DNA of 64,000 nucleotides from an uncultured Chloroflexia bacterium. GTDB taxonomy: Bacteria; Chloroflexota; Dehalococcoidia; UBA2979. A program made the translations under genes and the position numbers. The stretch lies in NCBI GenBank assembly GCA_963728205.1, contig CAVSIV010000006.1, forward strand, positions 1,728,001-1,792,000. The letters are read 5' to 3'. Shown here one piece after another: positions 1 through 9,534 of this stretch (its first letter is position 1; every line of letters starts with the position of its first letter). The notes beneath the pieces are model-generated. The model worked only from the letters and a program-made list of their open reading frames with translations, was not told where the DNA came from and did no database searches.

Positions 1-138
1 GCGATCGACGGCGAGCTGCTGTCGCTGCTCGCGCAGGGGGCGCGGGAGCAGGCGCAGGCGCTGCTGCGCGAGCGCCTGGGGATTGCCGCGCCGCTGCAGC
101 CCGCGCCGTGGTGGCGCGAGAGCGAGGTGCGTTCGTGA
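1..138 (+). CDS. 3' end of precorrin-2 dehydrogenase/sirohydrochlorin ferrochelatase (SirC/Met8/CysG-N type), partial
   Basis: Frame 1 reads AIDGELLSLLAQGAREQAQALLRERLG...VRS* (TGA 136-138); resembles the C-terminal helix of SirC-type proteins; lies directly upstream of hemA. Confidence 0.5.
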   Translation, partial: AIDGELLSLLAQGAREQAQALLRERLGIAAPLQPAPWWRESEVRS

Positions 139-186
139 CCGGAGCCGCCGGCACGCGCCGACCGACCCCGTCGGCGCCCGGAACCC

Positions 187-217
187 GGCGCACAGCGGGC
201 GTCACGCCCGCTGCTGG
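187..217 (-). repeat. REP-like hairpin, same family as the core of the 9.5-10.2 kb array
   Basis: Reverse complement ccagcagcgggcgtgacgcccgctgtgcgcc matches array motif ccagcagcgggcggcacgcccgctgtgcgcc except in the loop; stem cagcgggcg/cgcccgctg. Confidence 0.7.
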
Positions 218-233
218 CGCCGTCCCCGTAACT

Positions 234-323
234 GCCCCGGCCCGCGCCAGCCGCGGGCGCATGCCCGCGGTGCGCCGCGCCCCGGCCCGCGCCAGCCGCG
301 GGCGCATGCCCGCGGTGCGCCGC
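234..323. repeat. Tandem duplication of a 45-bp unit containing a hairpin
   Basis: gccccggcccgcgccagccgcgggcgcatgcccgcggtgcgccgc at 234-278 and 279-323; each contains stem ccgcgggc-gcat-gcccgcgg. Confidence 0.85.
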
Positions 324-388
324 GGCGCGTGCCCGAGCGTGGCGCCGGGGGGCGACCCCCGGCCCGCGACCACCCCGGCGGTAGCCTC

Positions 389-1678
389 GTGATCACCCAG
401 GCCGGCATCTCCCACCGCAGCGCACCCCTCGAGGTGCGCGAGCGCCTCACCATCCCCGCCGAGCGCGTCCCGGACGTGCTCGCCCGCGTCCGCCGCCGCT
501 TCGGCGCCGGGTCGCTGCTCTCCACCTGCAACCGCTTCGAGCTCTACCTCGCCGGCGAGTTCGAGCGCGACGACGTCGTCGGCTTCCTCGCCGACGAGTT
601 CGGGGCCGACGACGAGGACGTCGACGGCCACTTCCAGATCCGCTACGGGCCGGACGCCGTGCGCCACCTCTACGGCGTCGCCTCCGGCATCGACTCGATG
701 GTGATCGGCGAGACCGAGATCCTCGGGCAGGTGCGCGCCGCGTTCTCGGCGACCGTCGCCGCCGGTGCCGACGACGCGCTGCTGTCGCGCCTTTTCCACA
801 CCGCCATCCGCACCGGCCGCCGCGCACGCGCCGAGACCGAGATCGGGCGGCACGCGCTGTCCGTCTCGTCGATCGCCGTGCAGCAGGCGCGCGCGCTCTT
901 CCCGCGCCTCGAGGCCGCGACCGTGCTCGTGATCGGCGCCGGCGAGGCCGGGCGGCTCTCGGCGCAGTCGCTCGTCGAGCAGGGCGTGCGCGACGTCGTC
1001 GTCGTGAACCGCACCCTCGAGCGCGCGGAGTCGCTCGCCGCCGAGCTCGGCGGCGCGGCGCTGCCGTTCGAGCGGCTGGGCGACGCGCTCGCCTCCGCGC
1101 ACGTCGTGCTCGCGTCCACCGGCGCGCCCGAGACGCTCGTCGACGCCGACGCCCTGCGCGCGGCGCTCGCCCGCCGCGAGGGCGCCGTGCCGCTGCTGAT
1201 CGTCGACATCGGCGTCCCGCGCGACTTCAATCCTGCGGTGCGCGGCCTGCCCGGCGTCACCTACCAGGACCTCGACGACCTGCAGGCGATCGCCGACACC
1301 AACGCCGCGCGCCGCGAGGGCGAGGTCGGCCGCGTGCGCGAGCTGGTCGACGTCGAGACCGGCCACTTCCTCGAGTGGTGGGAGCAGCTGCAGGTGATCC
1401 CGACCATCAGCGCGCTGACCGATCGCGCCGAGGCGCTGCGCCGCGCGGAGGTCGCGAAGACGCTGCGCCGGCTGCGGGTCGAGGACGGCGACCGCGCGCA
1501 CGTCGAGGAGCTGTTCGACGCGCTGAGCAAGGCCGTCGTGAAGCAGATCCTGCACGACCCGATCACGGCGCTGCGCGAGCGCGGCGACCGCGACGTCTAC
1601 GTCGAGGCCACGCGCCGCCTCTTCGGGCTCGATGACGCCGCCACGCGTCGCGACGACCGCGACGACCCCGCGCGGTGA
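389..1678 (+). CDS. hemA: glutamyl-tRNA reductase
   Basis: GISHRSAPLEVRERL, LSTCNRFELY (catalytic Cys), SGIDSMVIGETEILGQV, IGAGEAG, DIGVPRD; start taken at GTG 389. Confidence 0.95.
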   Translation: MITQAGISHRSAPLEVRERLTIPAERVPDVLARVRRRFGAGSLLSTCNRFELYLAGEFERDDVVGFLADEFGADDEDVDGHFQIRYGPDAVRHLYGVASGIDSMVIGETEILGQVRAAFSATVAAGADDALLSRLFHTAIRTGRRARAETEIGRHALSVSSIAVQQARALFPRLEAATVLVIGAGEAGRLSAQSLVEQGVRDVVVVNRTLERAESLAAELGGAALPFERLGDALASAHVVLASTGAPETLVDADALRAALARREGAVPLLIVDIGVPRDFNPAVRGLPGVTYQDLDDLQAIADTNAARREGEVGRVRELVDVETGHFLEWWEQLQVIPTISALTDRAEALRRAEVAKTLRRLRVEDGDRAHVEELFDALSKAVVKQILHDPITALRERGDRDVYVEATRRLFGLDDAATRRDDRDDPAR

Positions 1679-2617
1679 GCGACACGCAACCCGCGCCGTC
1701 GCGCCTCCGCCTGCGGCTCGCCACGCGCGCCTCGCGACTGGCGCTCGCGCAGACGTCGATGGCCGTCGCGCGCCTGCGCGAGGCGCTGCCCGACCTCGAG
1801 ACCGAGACCGTGGAGGTCACCACCGAGGGCGACCGCGACCGGGCGACGCCGCTCACGGTGCTCGGCGGGCGCGGCGTGTTCGTCGTCGCGGTCGAGGAGG
1901 CGCTGCTCGACGGCCGCGCCGACGTCGCGGTGCACTCGCTGAAGGACGTGCCGTCGGAGCCGGTGCCGGGCCTCGAGCTGGCCGCGCTGATCGAGCGCGG
2001 CGACCCGCGCGACGTCTTCGTCGGCTCCGGCGGCCGGCGGCTCGCGGAGCTGCCGGCCGGCGCGCGCGTCGGCACCAGCTCGCGGCGGCGCGCGGGGCTG
2101 CTGCGCGCGATGCGTCCCGATCTCCGAGATCGTCGACATCCGCGGCAACGTCGACACGCGCCTGCGCAAGGTCGCCGACGGCGAGTACGACGGCACGATC
2201 CTCGCCGCCGCCGGGCTCGTGCGGCTCGGTCGCATGGACGACGCGACGGAGATCTTCGACGCGCTGGAGTTCCTCCCCGCGCCCGGCCAGGGCGTGATCG
2301 CGCTGGAGTGCCGCGCCGACGACGACGCCACGCGCGCCGCGCTCGCCGCCGTCGACCACGCGCCGACGCGCGCCGCCGTCACCGCCGAGCGCGCGTTCCT
2401 TGCCGCGCTCGGCTCGGGGTGCGACCTGCCGGTCGGCGCGTACGGGCGCGTCGAGGGCGACCGCGTCCTGCTGCGCGCGATGCTCGGCGGGGAGGAGCCA
2501 TCGGAAGCGCCGCTCTTCGGCGACGCGTCGGGGCCGCTCCGCGACGCCGCGACGCTCGGCCGCGAGCTGGGCGAGCGGCTGCTCGCCCGGCGCGAGCGCG
2601 GAGGGCCGGCGACGTGA
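1675..2617 (+). CDS. hemC: hydroxymethylbilane synthase (porphobilinogen deaminase), one frameshift near 2120
   Basis: LATRASRLALAQT, AVHSLKDVP, GTSSRRR in one frame; IRGNVDTRLRK, PAPGQG, LGSGCDLPVG in the next. Confidence 0.92.
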
Positions 2618-4194
2618 GCGAGGCGCCACTCGGCCACGTGTGGCTCGTCGGCGCCGGCCCCGGCGACCCGGGGCTGATCACCGCGACCGGGCTCGCCGCG
2701 CTGCGGCAGGCCGAGGTCGTGCTGTTCGACCGCCTCGCCCCGCACGCGCTGCTCGACGAGGTGCCGGCCGGCGCGGAGCGGATCGACGTCGGCAAGGCGG
2801 CGGGCGATCACACGATGACGCAGGACGAGATCAACGCCGCGCTCGTGGAGCACGGCCGCGCGGGCAGGCGCGTCGTGCGGCTGAAGGGCGGCGACCCGTA
2901 CGTCTTCGGCCGCGGCGGCGAGGAGGCGATGGCGCTCGCCGACGCGGGCGTGCCGTGCACGGTCGTGCCCGGCGTGACCTCCGCCATCGGCGGGCTCGCG
3001 CTCGGCGGCATCCCCGTCACGCACCGCGGCGTCGCGACGTCGTTCGCCGTCGTCACCGGCCACGAGGACCCGACGAAGCCCGCGGCGCAGGTGCACTGGG
3101 AGCGGCTCGCCACCGCCGCCGACACGCTCGTGATCCTGATGGGCGTCGGCCGGCTCGACGGCATCGCGTCGGCGCTCGTCGCCGGCGGGCGGCCCGCCGA
3201 CACGCCCGCCGCGCTCGTGCAGGAGGCGTCGACGCCGGCGCAGCGCGTGCTGACGTCGACGCTCGCGCGCATCGCCGACGACGCCCGCGCCGCCGGCATC
3301 GGCGCGCCGGCGCTGTTCGTCGTCGGCGACGTCGCGGGACTGCAGGCGCAGCTCGCGCCGGCGCGGCTGGCCCCGCTCGCCGGCAAGCGCGTGCTCGTCA
3401 CGCGCACGCGCGCGCAGGCCTCCGCGCTCGCCGACCTGCTGCGCCTCGAGGGCGCGCACCCCGTGCTGCTCCCCGCGCTCGAGCTCGAGCGCCGCGTCGA
3501 CGCCGACGGGCTCGGCCGCGCGATGTCGCGGCTCGAGCTGCGGCAGTACCGCTGGACGGTCTTCACGTCGGCGAACGCCGTCGACGTCTTCCTCGACGAG
3601 CTGTGGTCGCGCGGCGCCGATGCGCGCTCACTCGCCAGCGCCGAGGTCTGCGCGATCGGCCGCGGCACCGCCGACGCGCTCGCGCGGCGCGGCATCCGCG
3701 CCGACCTCGTGCCGGAGGAGGCCGTCGGCGAGGCGGTGGTCGACGCGATGCGCCGCCACGGCCACGGCGGCCACGCCGGCGACCGCGGCCGCGTCGCCGG
3801 CACGACGCTCGCCGGCGCGAACGTCCTGCTCCCCCGCGCCGAGGGCGGCCGCGACGTGCTGCCCGACGGCCTGCGCGCCGCCGGCGCGAGGGTCGACGAG
3901 CTGACGCTCTACCTCGCCGCGCCGCCCGCCGCCGCGCCGGCGGAGGTGCTGGAGCAGGTGCGGCGCGGCGAGATCGACGTCGTCACGTTCACGTCGTCGT
4001 CGACCGTGAAGAACCTCGCGACGCTGCTCGACGGCGACCTCTCCCCGCTGCGCGGGGCCGTCGTCGCGTGCATCGGGCCGGTGGTGGCGGAGACGGCCGC
4101 GGCGCTGGGGCTGCCGCCGCAGGTGGTCGCGGAGGAGCACAGCATCCCCGGGCTGGTGGCGGCGCTGCGCGGGTACCTACACTCGCGGAGATAA
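2614..4194 (+). CDS. cobA: uroporphyrinogen-III C-methyltransferase / uroporphyrinogen-III synthase fusion (CobA-HemD)
   Basis: VWLVGAGPGDPGLIT, RLKGGDPYVFGRGGEE, then HemD domain VLVTRTRAQA, VFTSANAV, VTFTSSSTV, CIGPV; GTG 2614 overlaps hemC stop. Confidence 0.93.
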   Translation: MSEAPLGHVWLVGAGPGDPGLITATGLAALRQAEVVLFDRLAPHALLDEVPAGAERIDVGKAAGDHTMTQDEINAALVEHGRAGRRVVRLKGGDPYVFGRGGEEAMALADAGVPCTVVPGVTSAIGGLALGGIPVTHRGVATSFAVVTGHEDPTKPAAQVHWERLATAADTLVILMGVGRLDGIASALVAGGRPADTPAALVQEASTPAQRVLTSTLARIADDARAAGIGAPALFVVGDVAGLQAQLAPARLAPLAGKRVLVTRTRAQASALADLLRLEGAHPVLLPALELERRVDADGLGRAMSRLELRQYRWTVFTSANAVDVFLDELWSRGADARSLASAEVCAIGRGTADALARRGIRADLVPEEAVGEAVVDAMRRHGHGGHAGDRGRVAGTTLAGANVLLPRAEGGRDVLPDGLRAAGARVDELTLYLAAPPAAAPAEVLEQVRRGEIDVVTFTSSSTVKNLATLLDGDLSPLRGAVVACIGPVVAETAAALGLPPQVVAEEHSIPGLVAALRGYLHSRR

Positions 4195-4206
4195 CCGGCC
4201 CGCGGC

Positions 4207-4263
4207 CGCGGCAGGCTTCAAGCCTGCCGCGCCCACAGCGGCGGCAGATATGCCGCCGACAGG
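4207..4263. repeat. two adjacent REP-like hairpins (class gcaggct-tca-agcctgc, plus a single copy of the cggcggca-gata-tgccgccg REP)
   Basis: Stem cgcggcaggct/agcctgccgcg 4207-4231; agcggcggcagatatgccgccgacagg 4237-4263 matches the arm of the elements at 5302, 6279 and 7811. Confidence 0.75.
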
Positions 4264-4308
4264 TGGCGGCCGGCAGGCCGCCCACGGTCAGCAGCCAGGA
4301 GCACACCC

Positions 4309-5298
4309 ATGGTGATCACCACCCGCCGCACCTCGTTCACCCGCACCCGCCGCACGCGCCGCACCGAGGCGCTGCGCGGGCTCGTCCGCGAGACGCGGCT
4401 CGACCCCGCGCAGTTCATCTACCCGCTCTTCGTCACGCACGGCACGGACGTCCGCGACCCGATCGCGTCGATGCCCGGCCAGTCGCACCTCTCGGTCGAC
4501 CAGCTCGCGCGCGAGGCCGGCGAGCTGCGCGCGCTCGGCGTGCGCGCGGTGCTGCTGTTCGGCCTGCCCGCGGCGAAGGACGCGACCGGCAGCGAGGCCT
4601 ACGCCGCCGACGGCATCGTCCAGCAGGCGGCGCGCGCGCTGAAGGACGCCGACCCCGACCTCGCCGTCGTCGCCGACGTCTGCCTCTGCGAGTACACCGA
4701 CCACGGCCACTGCGGCGTGCTCACCGCGACCGGCGACGTCGACAACGACCCGTCGCTCGAGCTGCTCGCGCGCATGTCGGTCTCGCTCGCCGAGGCCGGC
4801 GCCGACGTCATCGCGCCCAGCGACATGATGGACGGCCGCGTCCGCGCCATCCGCGACGCGCTCGACGACGCCGGCCTCGTGTCGACCCCGATCATGGCCT
4901 ACAGCGCGAAGTACGCCTCCGCCTACTACGGCCCGTTCCGCGAGGCCGCCGACTCCGCGCCGCAGTTCGGCGACCGGCGCGGCTACCAGATGGACCCGCC
5001 CAACGTGCGCGAGGCGCTGCGCGAGGTGCAGGCCGACATCGAGGAGCAGGCCGACATCGTGATGGTGAAGCCCGCGCTCGCCTACCTCGACGTGATCCGC
5101 GCCGTGCGGGAGCGCACCGACATGCCGCTGTGCGCCTACAACGTCTCGGGCGAGTACGCGATGGTGAAGGCTGCGGTCGAGCGCGGCTGGCTCGACGAGC
5201 AGCGCGTCGTGCTGGAGACGCTCACGAGCATCGCGCGCGCCGGCGCCGACATGACCATCACCTACCACGCGAAGGACGCGGCGCAGTGGCTGGCCTGA
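4309..5298 (+). CDS. hemB: porphobilinogen synthase (ALA dehydratase), Zn-binding type
   Basis: [61 protein letters not shown]. Confidence 0.97.
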   Translation: MVITTRRTSFTRTRRTRRTEALRGLVRETRLDPAQFIYPLFVTHGTDVRDPIASMPGQSHLSVDQLAREAGELRALGVRAVLLFGLPAAKDATGSEAYAADGIVQQAARALKDADPDLAVVADVCLCEYTDHGHCGVLTATGDVDNDPSLELLARMSVSLAEAGADVIAPSDMMDGRVRAIRDALDDAGLVSTPIMAYSAKYASAYYGPFREAADSAPQFGDRRGYQMDPPNVREALREVQADIEEQADIVMVKPALAYLDVIRAVRERTDMPLCAYNVSGEYAMVKAAVERGWLDEQRVVLETLTSIARAGADMTITYHAKDAAQWLA

Positions 5299-5301
5299 AA
5301 G

Positions 5302-5395
5302 CCAAAGCGGCGGCAGACATGCCGCCGACAGGACGCGGACGCAGTCCGCGGCTGGCGCCGCGCTTCTGTCGGCGGCATGTCTGCCGCCGCTTTGG
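5302..5395. repeat. REPIN-like palindromic element, copy 1
   Basis: 30-bp perfect inverted arms ccaaagcggcggcagacatgccgccgacag / ctgtcggcggcatgtctgccgccgctttgg around a ~34-bp core. Confidence 0.9.
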
Positions 5396-5461
5396 GATGT
5401 CGGCGCGCCGGGACGGCGCGCGCGAGCGCCGGCGTGAGCCGGCGGGAACACGACCCGCCGC

Positions 5462-6262
5462 GTGACCACTCCGGCCCCCTTCGACCCGTCGCCGATCCGC
5501 GCCGTGGCCTTCGACGGCTACGGCACCGTCATCGACTTCCACAACGTCGAGTTCCGCCTCGCCGTCGACGAGCTGCTCGCGGACCAGGGCATCGAGCTGG
5601 ACAACGACGCCTTCTTCAAGGCGTGGGTCGGCTCGTACGGCAAGGCGAGCCCGTGGGCGGCGACGGCGCGCGAGGGCGACGAGGGCAACCGCGAGCGCAT
5701 GCTCGACGGGCCGCTGCCGGAGTGGGTGTCGACGCACGCCATCTGGAGGCGGCAGTTCGACCTCGCGTACACGCAGTTCGGCGTGCGCGGCGACAGCGAG
5801 ACGTCGGCCGACCGGCTGCGCGACCTGCTCTCGCACGCGAAGCCGTACGCCGACGCGCGCGCCACGCTCGAGGCGATCGACGCGGCCGGCCTGCGGCTCG
5901 GCCTGCTGTCGAACGCCGATGAGGACTTCCTGCAGAGCGCACTGTCGCTCGGGCGGCTGCGGTTCTCGGCGATCCAGTCGTCGGAGTCGCTGCGCGCGTA
6001 CAAGCCGCACCGAGCGGTGTTCGTCGCGATCTGCGCGCGGCTCGGGTGCGAGCCGGACGAGGTGCTGTACGTCGGCGACTCGCCCTACTCCGACGTGAAC
6101 GGCGCGCACCACGCCGGCCTGCGCACCGCGTGGGTGCGACGCGGCGAGACGGACGCGTACCCGGAGCAGGTCGCGCGGCCGGACGTGACGGTGGCGCAGC
6201 TGGCGGAGCTGGTCGACGTGCTGGGCGCGCGGGAGCGGGTTCCCGGCGAGCGGCAGGCGTGA
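5462..6262 (+). CDS. HAD-superfamily hydrolase (haloacid dehalogenase type II-like)
   Basis: Motif I AFDGYGTVID, motif II LLSNAD, YKPH, motif IV YVGDSPYSDVNGA. Confidence 0.85.
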   Translation: MTTPAPFDPSPIRAVAFDGYGTVIDFHNVEFRLAVDELLADQGIELDNDAFFKAWVGSYGKASPWAATAREGDEGNRERMLDGPLPEWVSTHAIWRRQFDLAYTQFGVRGDSETSADRLRDLLSHAKPYADARATLEAIDAAGLRLGLLSNADEDFLQSALSLGRLRFSAIQSSESLRAYKPHRAVFVAICARLGCEPDEVLYVGDSPYSDVNGAHHAGLRTAWVRRGETDAYPEQVARPDVTVAQLAELVDVLGARERVPGERQA

Positions 6263-6278
6263 GTCCTCGTCGGAACGT

Positions 6279-6370
6279 CAAAGCGGCGGCAGATATGCCG
6301 CCGACAGGACGCGGACGCAGTCCGCGGCTGGCGCCGCGCTTCTGTCGGCGGCATATCTGCCGCCGCTTTG
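6279..6370. repeat. REPIN-like palindromic element, copy 2
   Basis: caaagcggcggcagatatgccgccgacag...ctgtcggcggcatatctgccgccgctttg with the same core as copy 1. Confidence 0.9.
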
Positions 6371-6473
6371 GGTGACGTTCATGCGCGCACGGCGCCCCGC
6401 CGCGGCATGTCGACGGCCGCGCGTCGAGCGCGTGCGGAAGCGCGCGGTTTACTCCAGCTAGAAAGGTCCCCCC

Positions 6474-7763
6474 ATGCCTCTCTCCCACGACCGCTCGCGC
6501 GAGGTGATGGCGCGCTCGGCGCGCGTGCTGCCGGGCGGCGTCGACTCGCCGGTGCGCGCGTACCGCAGCGTCGGCGGGGCGCCGGTGGTGATCGCGAGCG
6601 GGCAGGGGGCGACCGTCACCGACGTCGACGGCAACGAGTACGTCGACTACGTCTGCTCGTACGGGCCGCTGATCCTCGGGCACGCGCACCCGGCCGTGGT
6701 CGAGGCGATTCGCGACGCCGCCGGCCGCGGGACGTCGTTCGGCGCGCCGACCGAGGCTGAGGCCGACCTCGCGGAGCGGGTCGTCGACGCCGTGCCGTCG
6801 ATCGAGATGGTGCGCTTCGTCTCGTCGGGCACCGAGGCGACGATGACCGCGATCCGGCTCGCGCGCGCCGCCACCGGGCGCGACCGCGTGCTGAAGTTCG
6901 AGGGCTGCTACCACGGCCACGCCGACGGCCTGCTCGTCGCCGCCGGCTCCGGCGTCGCCACGCTCGCGCTGCCCGACTCGCCCGGCGTGCCGGCCGCGTA
7001 CGCCGAGCAGACGCTGCTCGCGCCGTACAACGACCTCGCCGCCGTCGAGGCCGTGTTCGCCGCGCGGCCGGGCGAGATCGCGTGCGTCATCGTCGAGCCG
7101 ATCGCCGGCAACATGGGGGTGGTCGCGCCCGCGCCCGGGTTCCTCGAGGGGCTGCGCCGCGTATGCGACGCCGACGGCGCGCTGCTGCTGTTCGACGAGG
7201 TGATCTCGGGCTTCCGCGCCGCGTACGGCGGGGCGCAGGAGCGGCTCGGCGTGCTGCCCGACCTCACCGCGCTCGGCAAGGTGATCGGCGGCGGGCTGCC
7301 CGTCGGCGCGTACGGCGGGTCGCGCGCGCTGATGGAGCGCATGGCGCCGGTCGGCGACGTCTACCAGGCCGGCACGCTCTCCGGGAACCCGCTCGCGATG
7401 GCCGCCGGCCGCGCCACGCTCGACGCGCTGCGCGCGCACGAGGGCGCCTACGCGCGGCTCGAGGAGCTGGGCGCGCGGCTCGAGGCCGGGCTCGTCGAGG
7501 CGGCGAAGGATGCGGGCGTGGAGGTGTCGGTGTCGCGCGCGGGGTCGGTGCTCACGCCGTTCTTCCGCTCGGCGCTGCCGTCGAACTACGACGAGGCGCG
7601 CGAGGCGGACACGAAGCGGTTCGCGCGCTTCCACGCCGCGATGCTCGACGGCGGCGTGCACCTGCCGCCGAGCCAGTACGAGGGGTGGTTCGTCTCGCTC
7701 GCGCACGACGAGGCGGCGGTGGACCGGACGGTGGAGGCGGCGGCGAAGGCGTTTCGCGCGTAG
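6474..7763 (+). CDS. hemL: glutamate-1-semialdehyde 2,1-aminomutase
   Basis: LPGGVDSPVRA, SSGTEATM, KFEGCYHGH, FDEVISGFR, LGKVIGGGLPVGAYGG, YQAGTLSGNPLAMAAG. Confidence 0.97.
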   Translation: MPLSHDRSREVMARSARVLPGGVDSPVRAYRSVGGAPVVIASGQGATVTDVDGNEYVDYVCSYGPLILGHAHPAVVEAIRDAAGRGTSFGAPTEAEADLAERVVDAVPSIEMVRFVSSGTEATMTAIRLARAATGRDRVLKFEGCYHGHADGLLVAAGSGVATLALPDSPGVPAAYAEQTLLAPYNDLAAVEAVFAARPGEIACVIVEPIAGNMGVVAPAPGFLEGLRRVCDADGALLLFDEVISGFRAAYGGAQERLGVLPDLTALGKVIGGGLPVGAYGGSRALMERMAPVGDVYQAGTLSGNPLAMAAGRATLDALRAHEGAYARLEELGARLEAGLVEAAKDAGVEVSVSRAGSVLTPFFRSALPSNYDEAREADTKRFARFHAAMLDGGVHLPPSQYEGWFVSLAHDEAAVDRTVEAAAKAFRA

Positions 7764-7810
7764 GTGGGAGGAGGGCACGGCGGGCGGCAGACTTGGTGGC
7801 TCGTCGGAGT

Positions 7811-7902
7811 CAAAGCGGCGGCAGATATGCCGCCGACAGAAGCGCGGCGTCAGCCGCGGACTGCGTCCGCGTCCTGTCGGCGGCATATCTGCCGCCGCTT
7901 TG
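7811..7902. repeat. REPIN-like palindromic element, copy 3 (core inverted)
   Basis: Same arms as copy 2; core gaagcgcggcgtcagccgcggactgcgtccgcgtcct is the reverse complement of the copy 1/2 core (one mismatch). Confidence 0.9.
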
Positions 7903-8103
7903 GGTGACGTTCATCGGCCCCCCGGGCATGCTGACTGCCGTGGATCGTGAGTCCTCCACCGGGCAGAGGTGGCCACCTCACGGTGCCATAGGTGGCCACT
8001 GCACACGGCAGGCCTGAAGCCTGCCGCGCGCCGGAGCGGGCGCGAGTCCGCGCTGCGCAGTTACAATCCCCGCGTCCCGCAGACGGAACCGAAGGGGTGT
8101 GCC

Positions 8104-8151
8104 GTGACGGCAACCACGACCCTCGCTTCCGCCTCCGCCGCTCGCGCGTAG
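8104..8151 (+). promoter_or_regulatory. candidate leader peptide (MTATTTLASASAARA) of an attenuator upstream of the MFS exporter
   Basis: TACAAT at 8062-8067, purine-rich gaagggg before GTG 8104, 15-codon ORF ending TAG 8151, then GC-rich stems up to the MFS start. Confidence 0.35.
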
Positions 8152-8247
8152 CGGAACCCGTCCCGCGCGCGACGCCGTGAGGCCACACCGGCCCGCCGGT
8201 GGCGTCGGCGTGCGCGCGCGACGCCCGGCCCGTCGCAAGGGACACCC

Positions 8248-9528
8248 GTGTCACACTCGCCCTGGTTCCACCGGCAGCCCACGCTGCTGCCCGGCCGCGC
8301 GCTGCGGCCCGACCTGCTCTATCGCTTCCGCGCCATCGCGAACGGCTACTGCATGTGGACGGCGTTCGCGCTCTACGCGCTTTACGTCGTGCGCGACGCG
8401 CACCTGACGCCCACCGAGGCGATCGTCGTCGGCGCCGTGCTCGAGGGCACCGTCGTCGCGTTCGAGATCCCGACCGGCGTCCTCGCCGACGCGGTGAGCC
8501 GCCGCCTCTCCGTCGTCGCCGGCACCGCCGTCGCCGGCGCTGGGTGGGCGGTGATGGGGCTGTTCCCGTCGTTCGAGGGCGTGCTCGCCGGCCAGTTCAT
8601 CTGGGGCTTCGGCTTCACGTTCACGAGCGGCGCCGTCGACGCCTGGCTCGCCGACGAGATCGGCGAGGAGACGGCAGCCCGCACCTACGCGCCGGCCGCG
8701 CAGTGGCGGCAGGCCGCGGTCGTGGCCGGGGTGCTCACCGGCGCCGCGCTCGGGCTCGTCGACGGGCGCGTGCCGTTCGTCGCCGGCGGCGCGGGGAGCG
8801 TCGCGCTCGCGGTGTTCCTCGCGTGCACGATGACCGAGGCCGGCTGGCGGCCGTCGCACGCCGACTCGGCCGCCTCGCGGTTCGGCGCGCTGCGGCGCGT
8901 CGCCACCGCCGGGCTCGGCGAGGCGCGCCGCCGCCCGATGGTGCGCGCCGCGATGGCGATCGCGCTGCTGTTCGGCGCGTCGTCCGAGGTCTTCGACCGC
9001 CTCTGGGGCTTCCACCTCGTCGACGGCGTCGGCGTGCCGCATGGCGTGAACGAGACGCTGCTGTTCGGCGCGATCGCCGTCGCCAGCCAGCTCGCCGCGT
9101 TCGGCGTGATCGCCGCCGGGCGCCGCGCCGCGGGCGACGGGACGCGCGCCTCCGCCGCGCGCGTGCTCGCGTCGATCTACGTCGCCGCCTGCCTCGCGCC
9201 GCTCGCGTTCGCGTTCTCGCCCGTCGCCGGCGTCGCCGTCGCGCTGATCGCCGTCAGCCAGTCGACGATGGCCGCGCAGTACCCCTTCTTCGCGATGTGG
9301 GTGAACCGCGGGCTCGACCCGCGCACGCGCGCGACGGTGCTATCGAGCGTGAACCAGGCGAACTCGGTGGGGCAGACGGTGATCGGGGTGGTATTTGCGG
9401 GGGTGGTAGGGGTCGTCGGCGTGCCCGCCGCGCTCGCGATCGGGGCGCTGATCGTGCTGCCGGCGGTGGGGCTGGTGCGGACGCGGCCGCGGGCGGATCT
9501 GACGCCGGTGCCGGAGCCGGGCGGCTGA
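8248..9528 (+). CDS. MFS efflux transporter, TetA(P)-like (DHA3-type)
   Basis: Multiple TM segments; LEGTVVAFEIPTGVLADAVSRRLSV and QFIWGFGFTFTSGAVDAWLADE resemble the TetA(P)-family N-terminal half; substrate not established. Confidence 0.8.
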   Translation: MSHSPWFHRQPTLLPGRALRPDLLYRFRAIANGYCMWTAFALYALYVVRDAHLTPTEAIVVGAVLEGTVVAFEIPTGVLADAVSRRLSVVAGTAVAGAGWAVMGLFPSFEGVLAGQFIWGFGFTFTSGAVDAWLADEIGEETAARTYAPAAQWRQAAVVAGVLTGAALGLVDGRVPFVAGGAGSVALAVFLACTMTEAGWRPSHADSAASRFGALRRVATAGLGEARRRPMVRAAMAIALLFGASSEVFDRLWGFHLVDGVGVPHGVNETLLFGAIAVASQLAAFGVIAAGRRAAGDGTRASAARVLASIYVAACLAPLAFAFSPVAGVAVALIAVSQSTMAAQYPFFAMWVNRGLDPRTRATVLSSVNQANSVGQTVIGVVFAGVVGVVGVPAALAIGALIVLPAVGLVRTRPRADLTPVPEPGG

Positions 9529-9534
9529 CGGCCC

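Noticed and set aside
1675-4194. 839-aa HemC-CobA-HemD triple fusion
   Set aside because: Created by an indel near 2120; the HemC C-terminal half lies in another frame and ends at 2617, where cobA starts
2400-5465. 1021-aa ORF and other long Arg/Ala/Gly-rich alternate-frame or antisense ORFs throughout the window
   Set aside because: Shadow ORFs of high-GC genes; low complexity, no motifs, overlapping well-supported genes
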